A DNA stretch of 51,228 bases from an uncultured Clostridia bacterium (GCA_964482715.1 CAYZYX010000008.1:1-51228), one strand, 5' to 3'. Shown: positions 9,650 to 18,627, numbered from the stretch's first letter. The notes: a model not told the origin generated them from the letters alone. Program-made: numbers and translations.

Positions 9650-10480
9650 TTATTTATCTCCGATATTCTCGAGGATAGTGCAGATTATCTTATCCATATA
9701 TCCTGTCTTTTTTCGGTTCATTACAAAGGGTTTCCCATCGTCTCCCGATATTACAATATCAGGATCAAGAGGGATCCTTCCTATAAAGGGCACCTGCAAT
9801 TCTTTTGCTGCTTTTTCTCCTCCACCTTTTTTGAAAAGTTGAATTTCTTTTCCACAATGAGGACAGATAAGGCCACTCATATTCTCAATAACTCCAATTA
9901 TTGGAATGTTAACGGCTCTTGCAAAATTTACAGCCTTTCGTGAATCAAGAAGAGCAACTTCCTGAGGGGTTGTTACAATAATTGCCCCCGTTAAATCTGG
10001 TATAAGCTGGGCAACACTTAAAGGTTCATCTCCTGTTCCGGGAGGTGAATCAATTATTAAATAGTCTAAAGTTCCCCAACTAACATCTGAAAGAAATTGA
10101 GTGATAAGTTTCATTTTTAAAGGTCCTCTCCATATTACAGGAGTGTCAGTGTTTTTTAAGAGAGGAGAAATGCTTACCACTCTCACACCAGGAGGGACAA
10201 ACAGAGGTTCTATTTTTCCATCGGGAAGTGCAGCTAATTTTTTCCCTTCTGCCCCCACCATTTTGGTAATATTTGGTCCATGGATATCAACGTCTAAAAG
10301 GCCCACCCTTTTATCTTGAAGGGCAAGACCAAAAGCAATATTTACTGCTACTGTTGTCTTTCCTACTCCACCTTTTCCGCTTATAACAAGAAGTTTATAG
10401 GAAATTTTTTTCATATTCTCTTTTATTTTTTCCTGACTCACTTTCTGTGTAGACGCAGCTTCATTTGTTCTTTGTGCCAT
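9650..10480 (-). CDS. Mrp/NBP35 (ApbC) Fe-S cluster carrier ATPase
   Basis: SGKGGVGKT, DVDIHGP, VIWRGP, DSPPGTGD, ENMSGLICPHC. Confidence 0.93.
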   Translation of the reverse strand: MAQRTNEAASTQKVSQEKIKENMKKISYKLLVISGKGGVGKTTVAVNIAFGLALQDKRVGLLDVDIHGPNITKMVGAEGKKLAALPDGKIEPLFVPPGVRVVSISPLLKNTDTPVIWRGPLKMKLITQFLSDVSWGTLDYLIIDSPPGTGDEPLSVAQLIPDLTGAIIVTTPQEVALLDSRKAVNFARAVNIPIIGVIENMSGLICPHCGKEIQLFKKGGGEKAAKELQVPFIGRIPLDPDIVISGDDGKPFVMNRKKTGYMDKIICTILENIGDK

Positions 10481-10536
10481 TTTTTAATAACTCCCTGAAA
10501 AGTGACCTCTTTATAATACGCATGGTGCCTGACTAT

Positions 10537-11157
10537 TTATTCTTTTTTCTCAAGCTCGTCTATTCTTCTTTTGACCTCCTTAAGCTCCTGTTCAATTGCC
10601 TGGGCCTGTTTCTTCAACATGGACAGTTCCTCTTCCTTGGACATGGGTGGTTGCATGGGGCTCATCATTCCTGGCCCATAAGGGCTCGAAGGAAAGCCCA
10701 TTCCAAATTGTCTTCCCATACCCATTCCTCTTCCACGGCCCATACCCATTCCCATGCCGGGTCCCATTCCAAATCCTCCCTGTGGATATGCACCCCCCAT
10801 TCCAAAATGAGCTCCAACATTTGGGCCTGTAGCAGATTGAAACCCACCTCGTTTGAATCTTTCTATAGTCTCTCTCACTGTGCCTTGTGCCCCGGTTAAC
10901 ACCTTTATTCCTGCAGCGGAAAGGGTTTGATAGGCATTAGGACCGACATTACCGGTTATTATGGTGTCAACACCTTTTTGGGCTATCATCTGGGCAGTAG
11001 CTATACCTGCGCCACTTGGAGCCTGCAGATTGGGATTTGGTAGTGCTTCAAACTCCAGAGTTTCAGGATCTACAATAATGAAAAACTGACATCTACCAAA
11101 TCTTGGGTCTACCTGCGAATTTAAATTATCCCCCATAGAAGTTATTGCTACTTTCAT
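10537..11157 (-). CDS. NifB/NifX-family protein fused to a G/M-rich DUF5320-like tail and coiled coil
   Basis: VDPRFGRCQFF, ITGNVGPNA; tail GMGPGMGMGMGRGRGMGMG...EELSMLKKQAQAIEQELKEVKRRIDELE. Confidence 0.87.
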   Translation of the reverse strand: MKVAITSMGDNLNSQVDPRFGRCQFFIIVDPETLEFEALPNPNLQAPSGAGIATAQMIAQKGVDTIITGNVGPNAYQTLSAAGIKVLTGAQGTVRETIERFKRGGFQSATGPNVGAHFGMGGAYPQGGFGMGPGMGMGMGRGRGMGMGRQFGMGFPSSPYGPGMMSPMQPPMSKEEELSMLKKQAQAIEQELKEVKRRIDELEKKE

Positions 11158-11190
11158 AACATCCTCCTTTTATCTTTTGAACAATTACAA

Positions 11191-11218
11191 AAGAGGGAGG
11201 CATTTTTACCTCCCTCTT
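11191..11218 (-). terminator. intrinsic terminator-like hairpin
   Basis: 10-bp stem AAGAGGGAGG/CCTCCCTCTT with 8-nt loop; short T-run follows on the minus strand. Confidence 0.7.
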
Positions 11219-11226
11219 AACTTCTA

Positions 11227-11571
11227 TTACTCAAGTTGAGCTAAACGTTCTTTAATACGCTCCAGTTCTCCTCTCAGTTTATCTGCCTGGGTACGAAGAA
11301 ACTCTACTTCCTGTTCCTTTGTTGGTTGTGCATTCTGTCCCTGTGGGGGAAAACCTGGCCCCATTGGTGTGTAGTAAGGTGTGGTCCCCTGTTGCATAGT
11401 TTGCCAGAAACTCTGAGCCTGTGGAGTGGGCCATCTTCCAGTCATTAAAAAAGTTGCTCCAGGTCCTAATCCTGTAGGAGAAGTCCCCAGCCAACCTGGA
11501 GAAAAGCCAAAGCGCATCCAGCCGGGAAGTCCAGTAGCATAATACATATATCTATGTCTGTATCCTGGCAT
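11227..11571 (-). CDS. DUF5320-like small protein (aromatic/Gly/Pro-rich, C-terminal coiled coil)
   Basis: GYRHRYMYYATGLPGWMRFG, then EQEVEFLRTQADKLRGELERIKERLAQLE. ATG at 11571 follows GGAGGTG. Confidence 0.8.
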   Translation of the reverse strand: MPGYRHRYMYYATGLPGWMRFGFSPGWLGTSPTGLGPGATFLMTGRWPTPQAQSFWQTMQQGTTPYYTPMGPGFPPQGQNAQPTKEQEVEFLRTQADKLRGELERIKERLAQLE

Positions 11572-11607
11572 AAGTTTCACCTCCGTTTAAAATTTATTAA
11601 ATTAGAC

Positions 11608-11653
11608 AACAAATCCCCCCTGAAAGCTACACAGCTTTCAGGGGGGATTTGTT
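11608..11653. terminator. perfect 21-bp hairpin between two small-protein genes
   Basis: AACAAATCCCCCCTGAAAGCT-acac-AGCTTTCAGGGGGGATTTGTT. Confidence 0.75.
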
Positions 11654-11940
11654 TAAGATTTTTCCAGCTCATCCATTCTTCTTCTTATATCCTCCAGTTG
11701 GGCTTCAAGAGTTCTTCTTTGCTCCTCCAACCAGGTTTTCTCCTGTTCACGAGTTGGTGCATAGCCAAAACCTGGTATTCCGTAAGGATACCCACTCACT
11801 CCATAGCTGTAAGGATACCCAAATCCCCAGGTAGGCCAATAAAGACCATAGGGATATCCGTATCCCCAGAGCCATGGATTATACCAGTACCACCAGTAAG
11901 GTCCTAAAAACCAACCGGCTGGACCTATTCCAAATGGCAT
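11653..11940 (-). CDS. DUF5320-like small protein (W/Y/G/P-rich, C-terminal coiled coil)
   Basis: MPFGIGPAGW..YWWYWYNPW..GYPYG, then EQEKTWLEEQRRTLEAQLEDIRRRMDELE. ATG at 11940 follows GGAGGT. Confidence 0.8.
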   Translation of the reverse strand: MPFGIGPAGWFLGPYWWYWYNPWLWGYGYPYGLYWPTWGFGYPYSYGVSGYPYGIPGFGYAPTREQEKTWLEEQRRTLEAQLEDIRRRMDELEKS

Positions 11941-11986
11941 TTTAAACCTCCTCAACGCTTTTTAATCTTTGTTTATCTACTTTCTA

Positions 11987-12196
11987 CTAATAATAGTATG
12001 GAAAGCCAGTTGGCCTGTAAAACGGAGATAACCCGGGAATAGTTGCGGCGTATTGCATTGCGTAAGGACTTGCCCACCACCATCTGGGAAGCCAGGGGAA
12101 AAATCTACAGAAGGGATAAGGATTTCCTCTTCCCCAGAATCCTCCCGGACCAAAATAGCCGGGCCAGAAAAATCTTCCTCTAAAACCTCTCGGCAT
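11987..12196 (-). CDS. small aromatic/Gly/Arg-rich protein related to DUF5320, no coiled coil
   Basis: AGGAGG RBS; MPRGFRG..GRGNPYPFCRFFPWLPRWWWA. Confidence 0.75.
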   Translation of the reverse strand: MPRGFRGRFFWPGYFGPGGFWGRGNPYPFCRFFPWLPRWWWASPYAMQYAATIPGLSPFYRPTGFPYYY

Positions 12197-12250
12197 TTTC
12201 TTTTCCTCCTTTTTTTATGTTCATAGTTTATTATATATTCTTGTTGGTTT

Positions 12251-12278
12251 ATTATAACTTGAAAATTATTTTTGTCAA
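12251..12278 (-). promoter_or_regulatory. sigma70-type internal promoter for the small-protein array
   Basis: TTGACA-AAAATAATTTTCAAGT(16)-TATAAT on minus strand. Confidence 0.8.
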
Positions 12279-12312
12279 CTGTATGGTATCTAAAATTTTC
12301 AAAGGAGGGAAG

Positions 12313-13179
12313 TTATTGACTTAACTTGAGAATAGAGGACACCTGCCACCACAGGTTTTTAACTTCAGTCACTGATTTATTGCTGGAAAATTCTGTCAAT
12401 GGCAGGCCCTTAAGAAGAGCGTAGATGAAATTTTCATCATAGGAAATCTTACCCACAACCCCTGTTCCCCATTGATTGCATTTTCTCTCTATTGCCTCTG
12501 TATTGCTCTTATTCAGGTCATATTTATTTATACAAACCACCCACGGGATACCAAAATGGTCACACACTCCCCCGATTCTCTCCAGGTCACTTATGCCGGA
12601 TAAGGTTGGTTCTGTAATGATAAGCGCAAGATCTGCTCCAGTTAAAGAAGCTATCACCGGACACCCTATACCGGGAGAACCATCAATAAGAATGAGGTTT
12701 ACCTCTTTCTCTTTTGCAATTTTCTCGGCAGTATTTCTTACCCGGGTTACAAGTTTTCCCGAATTTCCCTCTCCGGCTCCGAGTCTTGCATGAACCAGCA
12801 CTCCATATTTTGTATCGGACAGGTATATCCATCCGGTTATTTTTTCCTTCATGGTGATAGCACCTTCAGGGCAGATACGAGAGCAAAGGGAGCATCCTTC
12901 ACAGGATAAGGGATCCACCGTGAAGTTTTTTATCGCCTCAAATTGACATATTTTCTCGCACCTTCTGCACTCACTGCATTTTTCTCGATCAATTATGGCT
13001 ATTTTTCCGCCTTTAAATTGAAAGGACTTTTTAACTTCAGGGTTGAGAAGAAGATGAAGATTTGCTGCATCTACATCACAGTCAACCATTATTTTATTCC
13101 GGGTAAGATGAGCAAAAGAGGCTACAATGCTTGTTTTCCCGGTTCCTCCCTTTCCGCTCACCACAGTCAGTGTCTTCAC
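12313..13179 (-). CDS. MinD/ParA-type ATPase with 2x[4Fe-4S] insert (Orp3/Orp4-like)
   Basis: [47 protein letters not shown]. Confidence 0.9.
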   Translation of the reverse strand: MKTLTVVSGKGGTGKTSIVASFAHLTRNKIMVDCDVDAANLHLLLNPEVKKSFQFKGGKIAIIDREKCSECRRCEKICQFEAIKNFTVDPLSCEGCSLCSRICPEGAITMKEKITGWIYLSDTKYGVLVHARLGAGEGNSGKLVTRVRNTAEKIAKEKEVNLILIDGSPGIGCPVIASLTGADLALIITEPTLSGISDLERIGGVCDHFGIPWVVCINKYDLNKSNTEAIERKCNQWGTGVVGKISYDENFIYALLKGLPLTEFSSNKSVTEVKNLWWQVSSILKLSQ

Positions 13180-14015
13180 TTTTTAACCTCAGATTTTATT
13201 TTAGAAAAAAGACTCCTGAAATTTTCTCTCCATGAGAGATCAACATCCACAAGAGTTTTGCCTTCAGAATAAGCTCTGGCAATTTTCTTGTCCAGAGGGA
13301 TACGCAAAAAAATAGGTATGTTGTTTTTCTCGCAGAAACTATCCACCTTGTCATCTCCAATGCTGGACCGATTAATTATAACCCCGTGAGGAATTTGCAA
13401 TTCTTTTAAAACACCCACTGCCAGAACAAGATCATTAAACCCAAATGGAGTTGGCTCAGTTACAAGCAGACAAAAATCGCTATCTTTTACTGCTTCTACC
13501 ATGGGACATGATGTCCCTGGAGCGACATCTATGATTACATCTTTAGATAAATCAGCCTCCTTTTTTACCGCTTTAATCACAGGAGGTGAAACAGCCTGAC
13601 CCACGGTAAGTTTCCCCTGAATAAAATCGATCTTCCCAGCCTTCCCCTTTTCTATAACCCCCAGCTCTTTTTGGGTTTTTACCAGAGCTTTCTGGGGACA
13701 AAGTTCCCAACAGGCACCACAACCGTGGCAGAGCTGCGGAAAGAAAAGCCATTTTTGATTAACACAGGCTATGGCATTCCACTCACAAACCTCACTGCAC
13801 AATCCACAGAAATTACACTTTTCCTCAATTAATCTGGGAATGGAAAAATAAACTGGTTTTACCTCCTCCACTTTTGGTTTCAAAAACAAAGCAGCATTGG
13901 GAGCTTCTACATCGCAATCAAGAAATTGTACAGGTGTCGCCTGTGCCAGAGCAAGATTTGTGGCAACTGTAGTTTTTCCCGTTCCTCCCTTTCCACTGGC
14001 AACTGATATTTTCAT
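13176..14015 (-). CDS. MinD/ParA-type ATPase with 2x[4Fe-4S] insert (Orp3/Orp4-like)
   Basis: Likely start [15 protein letters not shown] at 14015 (ATGA overlap with the upstream small ORF); [29 protein letters not shown]. Confidence 0.9.
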   Translation of the reverse strand: MKISVASGKGGTGKTTVATNLALAQATPVQFLDCDVEAPNAALFLKPKVEEVKPVYFSIPRLIEEKCNFCGLCSEVCEWNAIACVNQKWLFFPQLCHGCGACWELCPQKALVKTQKELGVIEKGKAGKIDFIQGKLTVGQAVSPPVIKAVKKEADLSKDVIIDVAPGTSCPMVEAVKDSDFCLLVTEPTPFGFNDLVLAVGVLKELQIPHGVIINRSSIGDDKVDSFCEKNNIPIFLRIPLDKKIARAYSEGKTLVDVDLSWRENFRSLFSKIKSEVKK

Positions 14016-14188
14016 CTTTTCCTTGTCATTCGTGTCCCACAATTAGGACAGGAAATCTGGTAACAGGGAACTCCTCTGGTATGAGGAACAGTAGCCCCAC
14101 AATTAGGACATATACATTCTCCTCCAGCTCCCAACCCAAATCCTCTTCCCCCTCTCCCTGGTGGACCCTGTCCATCACCTCTTGGCAT
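14012..14188 (-). CDS. 58-aa Gly/Arg-rich double CxxC (zinc-ribbon-like) protein, absent from ORF track
   Basis: [67 protein letters not shown]. Stop overlaps the ATPase ATG. Confidence 0.88.
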   Translation of the reverse strand: MPRGDGQGPPGRGGRGFGLGAGGECICPNCGATVPHTRGVPCYQISCPNCGTRMTRKR

Positions 14189-14232
14189 TTTAACCTCCTA
14201 TCGTTTTAAAATCTTGTTTTTTTAATTATTTT

Positions 14233-14625
14233 TCATCTTTTCTCTATATGTTCCCTATATATTCTGCATTGTTTGCAAGTCTCAAATTTTTCGGGACAAA
14301 TCTTTTGGGCAAGTTGCCAGCAAGGTTCAGTCTTGTTATAACGTGCCGAGCATTTTTCCCGTTCTTCTTCGCTACAACCTTTTATCTGCCAGCATGGAAG
14401 AAGACTGAGAAGACGCTTTATACCTTCAATATTTAGTCCTTTTTGGTGAATCATTTCACGTATGCATCTTATCCACTGAAGGTCATTATTAGAAAAAAAT
14501 CTTTTGTTACCCCTTCTTTTTGGACTAATAAGACCATGTCTTTCGTAAAGTCTAAGAGTGCGAGGATGAACATCCAGAAGTTCTGCGGCAACACTTATGG
14601 GATATACCGGTTTGTCATCTTGCAT
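14233..14625 (-). CDS. MerR-family (HspR-like) regulator with Cys-rich double-CW C-terminal domain
   Basis: YPISVAAELLDVHPRTLRLYERHGLI HTH; PCWQIKGC..C..PCWQ..C..CKQC. Confidence 0.87.
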   Translation of the reverse strand: MQDDKPVYPISVAAELLDVHPRTLRLYERHGLISPKRRGNKRFFSNNDLQWIRCIREMIHQKGLNIEGIKRLLSLLPCWQIKGCSEEEREKCSARYNKTEPCWQLAQKICPEKFETCKQCRIYREHIEKR

Positions 14626-14654
14626 TTTGCACTCCCCTTATACTTTTTTGTTTC

Positions 14655-14682
14655 ATTATATAGTGAAAATTTTTTTTGTCAA
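14655..14682 (-). promoter_or_regulatory. sigma70-type promoter of the regulator/ORP operon
   Basis: TTGACA-AAAAAAATTTTCACTA(16)-TATAAT on minus strand. Confidence 0.8.
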
Positions 14683-14722
14683 TTTAACACCTCCATCAAT
14701 ATTTATCTGATATCGGTTTATT

Positions 14723-14888
14723 TCCAGTTTCAGGAAAAATCCCTAACAATAGCTAAAACTTGCTCCAATTGCACCTTAAAATGGGTTAAAAAATATTAAA
14801 AATGGAGATATTTAATTTTAAATTAATAAAATGAAATTAATAAAATGAGCTTTCCTTAAGGTACCCTGAAATTTTTTCCGAAACTGGA
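14723..14888. repeat. 166-bp segment bounded by 18-bp imperfect inverted repeats, with an internal 14-bp tandem duplication
   Basis: TCCAGTTTCAGGAAAAAT (14723-14740) vs reverse complement of 14871-14888 TCCAGTTTCGGAAAAAAT (16/18). AAATTAATAAAATG x2 at 14820-14847. Confidence 0.6.
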
Positions 14889-14899
14889 GAAATGAAATA

Positions 14900-14927
14900 T
14901 TGACAAGAATAATTTTTAACTTATAAT
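14900..14927 (+). promoter_or_regulatory. sigma70-type promoter for FmdB-J domain-MBL genes
   Basis: TTGACA-AGAATAATTTTTAACT(16)-TATAAT. Confidence 0.8.
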
Positions 14928-14996
14928 GAAACAAAATTTGTAATATTGAAAATTGATCCAAATCTATCCTTAATTAAACCTACGAAGGAGGTTAAA

Positions 14997-15224
14997 ATGC
15001 CTCTTTACCGATACAGGTGTGAGGATTGTGGGAATATAATGCAAGTACTTGAAGGAGTGGGTAGAGATGAAGGAGAGGTCAAATGCAGAAATTGTGGAAG
15101 TAAAAACCTTATAAGACTCCTTCCTCAAACTCTATCAGTAAAAAGTAGTGAGACTGCTCAGGGTGAATGTTGCGGTATGACCACTCCCTGTGATAATCCT
15201 AAAAGATGCTGTCAAAACTTTTAA
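14997..15224 (+). CDS. FmdB-family zinc ribbon protein
   Basis: MPLYRYRCEDCG..CRNCGS; AAGGAGG RBS before ATG 14997; Cys-rich tail. Confidence 0.88.
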   Translation: MPLYRYRCEDCGNIMQVLEGVGRDEGEVKCRNCGSKNLIRLLPQTLSVKSSETAQGECCGMTTPCDNPKRCCQNF

Positions 15225-15225
15225 A

Positions 15226-15519
15226 ATGATTGAGCTAAATTTTGAGAGCATTAACCGGGCAAGGAAAATCCTGGACTTACCTCAGGAGGCTACCCTGCAG
15301 GAGATAAAACAAGCTTACCGAAGCAAGGTTAAAAAGTATCACCCGGATAAAACAGGAAGAAAGGATTATGAAGAAAAAATGGCTCAGATCAACAGGGCTT
15401 ATGAGACTCTCCTTCGATATATTGAGGAGTATCGATTTTCTTTCCGCGAAGAAGATGTGAAGAGAAATGATCCAGCAAGGGATATGAGAAGATTCTCAGA
15501 GGATTGGCTGACAAGATAA
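15226..15519 (+). CDS. small J-domain (DnaJ-type) protein
   Basis: EIKQAYR..KKYHPDK..INRAYETL. Confidence 0.88.
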   Translation: MIELNFESINRARKILDLPQEATLQEIKQAYRSKVKKYHPDKTGRKDYEEKMAQINRAYETLLRYIEEYRFSFREEDVKRNDPARDMRRFSEDWLTR

Positions 15520-15565
15520 AAAGAGAACAGAGCCCGGATGGATAAGATTTCGGGAAACCAAGAAT

Positions 15566-16402
15566 ATGTCTCTCAAGCTAACTGTTATTTGTGACAACTA
15601 CGTAGAAAAACCAGGTTTTTTAGCCGAGCATGGTTTTTCGTTGTTAATTGAAACAAAAAGTAAAACTATCTTGTTTGACACCGGACAGGGTCTAACGATC
15701 CAGCATAATGCCAGAAAGTTAAATATAAACCCGGGATCGGTGGACTGCATTGTACTAAGTCATGGTCACTACGATCATACTGGAGGGCTTACAAAAATTT
15801 TAAACTACCAGCATTTACCCGTGATATATGCTCACCCAGACGCCCTGCAGGCAAAGTACAAGAAACTCGAAACAGAGAAGATGGAGTATATAGGTTTTCC
15901 TGATGACCTGAAAAATGAAAGTAAGTTAAATATTGTTTTTAGTTCAAGTCCTACGCAGATAGCAGAAAATATGGTGCTTACCGGTCAGATTCCACGAGAA
16001 ACCTTTTTTGAACATATAGAAGAGGAATTTTATAAAAAGTCAAAAGATAGATGGATAAAGGATGAGGTTTTAGATGATCAGGCTCTGATTATAGATGGTG
16101 GTTCAGGATTGGTGGCAGTTCTGGGATGTACTCACTCCGGTATTATCAATACTTTGAAGTATGCAAGGCAAATTACAGGGAAGAAAAATTTTGTTCTCGT
16201 TATTGGTGGCACTCACCTTAAAGGAGCAAGTGAAAAAAAGATAAGTTTAATAGCCTCGGAGCTCCAGGATCTAAATATTAAAAAAATAGTCCTCTATCAC
16301 TGTTCAGGGATTCTCACTTTTACCAGACTCGCCCGCATTCTGGGAGAAGACAAAGTGTTTTTAGGTAAAGTGGGAGATGTATGGGAAATTCCTGAAAAAT
16401 AA
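15566..16402 (+). CDS. MBL-fold metallo-hydrolase (MJ0301-like family)
   Basis: EHGFS, FDTG, LSHGHYDHTGG, GCTHSG, GGTHL, HCSG. Confidence 0.88.
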   Translation: MSLKLTVICDNYVEKPGFLAEHGFSLLIETKSKTILFDTGQGLTIQHNARKLNINPGSVDCIVLSHGHYDHTGGLTKILNYQHLPVIYAHPDALQAKYKKLETEKMEYIGFPDDLKNESKLNIVFSSSPTQIAENMVLTGQIPRETFFEHIEEEFYKKSKDRWIKDEVLDDQALIIDGGSGLVAVLGCTHSGIINTLKYARQITGKKNFVLVIGGTHLKGASEKKISLIASELQDLNIKKIVLYHCSGILTFTRLARILGEDKVFLGKVGDVWEIPEK

Positions 16403-16534
16403 GACCACCTTATTTGCAGGTAATTTCTTCATTGGTATCCCCTTTCTTTTCAGTGAAAAAATTACAGTATTCCAAAAAAATAGAGGAAACTATCGCAATA
16501 GCTGAACCCACCGAGAGACTAAATAAAAAGGAGC

Positions 16535-17154
16535 TTAGACTCTGGAGCCAGGAATTGAAACTTCAAAATTACTTTCATTCAAATTCCATAAAGCAACACA
16601 GCAGACCTTATCAGCCGCACCGTAGTAAAGAAGCCAGCGTGACTCCTCCACAACAAGGCTTTCAGGGACCACATGATTAAGACTCTTTCCGAAAAGTTTA
16701 CTCCAGTTTTTTGAAGAAGACAAAATAGGTCTATCTGTCCTTCGCACCACTTACTTTTAGGTTCCAGAACAGTTCCATGTTTCTCCCAATGGATAAGATC
16801 TCTGGAGGTGGCAAGACAAATATTGCCTCTCCTGTATTTGCCTGCATTACTAACATAGGTGAGATAAAAGGTATCACCAATTTTTACAATTCTTGGATCT
16901 TCACATCCCATCTTGTCAAATTCACTATCCGGAACAATGACGGGCTGAGGGTGGATTTTAAAGGAAAATCCATCCTTACTCTCTGCAAGGCCTATTCTTC
17001 CGGTAAGTTTGTCCTGGAAGCTCTCTGCTCTGAAAAACATGAAAAAAGTATCCCCCTCTTTGATGACCGCAGGGTTGTAAACCGCTTTTGAATAAAAACC
17101 ATTACCTGGCTTCGATACGGGGTTTTTCTCAAACTCAACAAAAGGACCTATCAT
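16535..17154 (-). pseudogene. GH130-family glycosidase/phosphorylase with internal deletion and frameshift
   Basis: N-part YNPAV, GCEDPRIV, LATSRDLIHWEKHG. The C-terminal RTDRPIL..LLYYGAAD lies in another frame and the middle blades are missing. Confidence 0.8.
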
Positions 17155-17537
17155 ATCTTCTTATTGGTCAGTCTTGTTTTCAGGCTGATTTTAAGTGCCG
17201 AAAACAGGTCAATCCAGTCATCGACATGTGTTAAGGTAACCATAACGAAAGGATATTTTTTACTGAGGCGTTCTATAGTAGGAAGTAGATGAATATGTCT
17301 GGAAACTCCCAAGCCATAATTGAATATTATTTTTCTGTCCAGAGGGGAGACTGAGTTTTTTCTCGCTTTCAGTTTGTCCCCTTTTTTTACTGGATGACAG
17401 GGGTAAGGTATTATTTTTATTTTTTCAAGAGGGTATATGTTTTTTAAAAAACCTCTATATCTGTTATCAAAACAAACAACAGCATCCCGGTCAAATTTGT
17501 AAAAATAGGGTTCCGCAGGAGGTGTTCCACCGGCTCC
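17151..17537 (-). pseudogene. internal fragment of a glycosyltransferase-like gene, paralog of 37391-38424
   Basis: Open frame lacking an N-terminal start: ..PYFYKFDRDAVVCFDNRYRGFLKNIYP..IPYPCHPVKKGDKLKARK..PLDRKII.., matching FYQF/DWDAVVYFDERQDFLKKVYP..IPFPCFPLRQGDRIKARK/LELPLDKKII. Confidence 0.8.
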
Positions 17538-17619
17538 TCACCAAAAAGAGGCCTCCTTTGAGATATCCAGGGACCCTGTTTGTCTTAAAATAACGTCCCA
17601 ATGTCAAATTATGACGAAA

Positions 17620-17647
17620 TTGACAAACACCGTTCCTTTGTTATTCT
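17620..17647 (+). promoter_or_regulatory. putative promoter of sugar ABC operon
   Basis: TTGACA-16-TATTCT with TGn extension. Confidence 0.55.
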
Positions 17648-17859
17648 GGATAAAAAATTAAAACTTTTCTGATTAAAAAGCCTGTTGATATTAATCTGAT
17701 AGCCATCAAGCTGAAAACTGGTAGTTAATCATGAATGTAAGATTTGAATTCAAAAAAGAGACTAAAGTTATAAATTCTGTTAAAATAAAAAGACAAAAAA
17801 ATGACATACGCGCTTTGACTTTGTATTCAGGTAACGGAAAAATTAAGGTAAATTAAAAA

Positions 17860-18627
17860 ATGGAAAGTTTGGGGAAAGGGGATAGGAAATACCCTCTGGT
17901 GAGAATGGTGAATATCCATAAACGGTTTGATGGAGTAGTAGCACTCAAGGGAGTGAATTTTGACTTACATTACAACGAAATTGTTGGGTTGGTGGGAGAT
18001 AATGGTGCTGGCAAGTCAACACTCATAAAGATTCTCTCAGGAGCTCATCCTCCAACTGAAGGCACAATTTACTTTGAAGGAAGAAAAGTTGAAATTAACA
18101 GTCCCAAGGATGCTAAAGAGATGGGTATTGAGACTGTCTATCAGGATTTAGCTTTAGCAGAGAATCTGGACGTAGCATCAAACATATTTCTGGGTAGAGA
18201 ATTCATAAAAAAGGGACCGGGGAGAATCTTTCGCATCATTGACAAGCGGAAGATGTGGGAGGAAGCAGAAAAGGTAATGAGAAGCCTGGAAATTAAAATT
18301 GGTTCTGTCAAGACACCGGTGCAGAATCTCTCTGGTGGCCAGAGACAAGCAGTAGCAATTGGTAAAATCGTCTATTTAAGACCTAAAGTCATCATAATGG
18401 ATGAACCTACCGCCAACATTTCAGTTAAGGAAAGAGAAAAAGTTTTGGAACTCATCCAGAGGTTAAAAAAAGAAGGTATCTCTCTCATTTTTATAAGTCA
18501 CAATCTTCATGAAGTTTTTTCCGTTGTTGATCGGGTGGTTGTCCTTAACCGAGGTGAAAAGGTTGGTGATGAAAAAATAGAAAATATAACCATTGATGAA
18601 GTGGTAAAATTAATGGTGGGACGATAA
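17860..18627 (+). CDS. monosaccharide ABC transporter ATP-binding protein (single NBD)
   Basis: GDNGAGKS, VYQDLAL, LSGGQRQ, MDEPT, ISHN. Confidence 0.93.
   Translation: MESLGKGDRKYPLVRMVNIHKRFDGVVALKGVNFDLHYNEIVGLVGDNGAGKSTLIKILSGAHPPTEGTIYFEGRKVEINSPKDAKEMGIETVYQDLALAENLDVASNIFLGREFIKKGPGRIFRIIDKRKMWEEAEKVMRSLEIKIGSVKTPVQNLSGGQRQAVAIGKIVYLRPKVIIMDEPTANISVKEREKVLELIQRLKKEGISLIFISHNLHEVFSVVDRVVVLNRGEKVGDEKIENITIDEVVKLMVGR

Noticed and set aside
9241-11157. Nitrogen fixation genes
   Set aside because: NifB/NifX-family domains occur widely outside nif clusters; there is no nifHDK or radical-SAM NifB here.
11227-12196. RiPP/bacteriocin precursor array
   Set aside because: No leader/core pattern, modifying enzyme, peptidase or exporter nearby; the same coiled-coil tail is fused to a cytoplasmic NifX protein.
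14626-14996. HAIR operator for HspR
   Set aside because: No CTTGAGT-N7-ACTCAAG-like dyad was seen.
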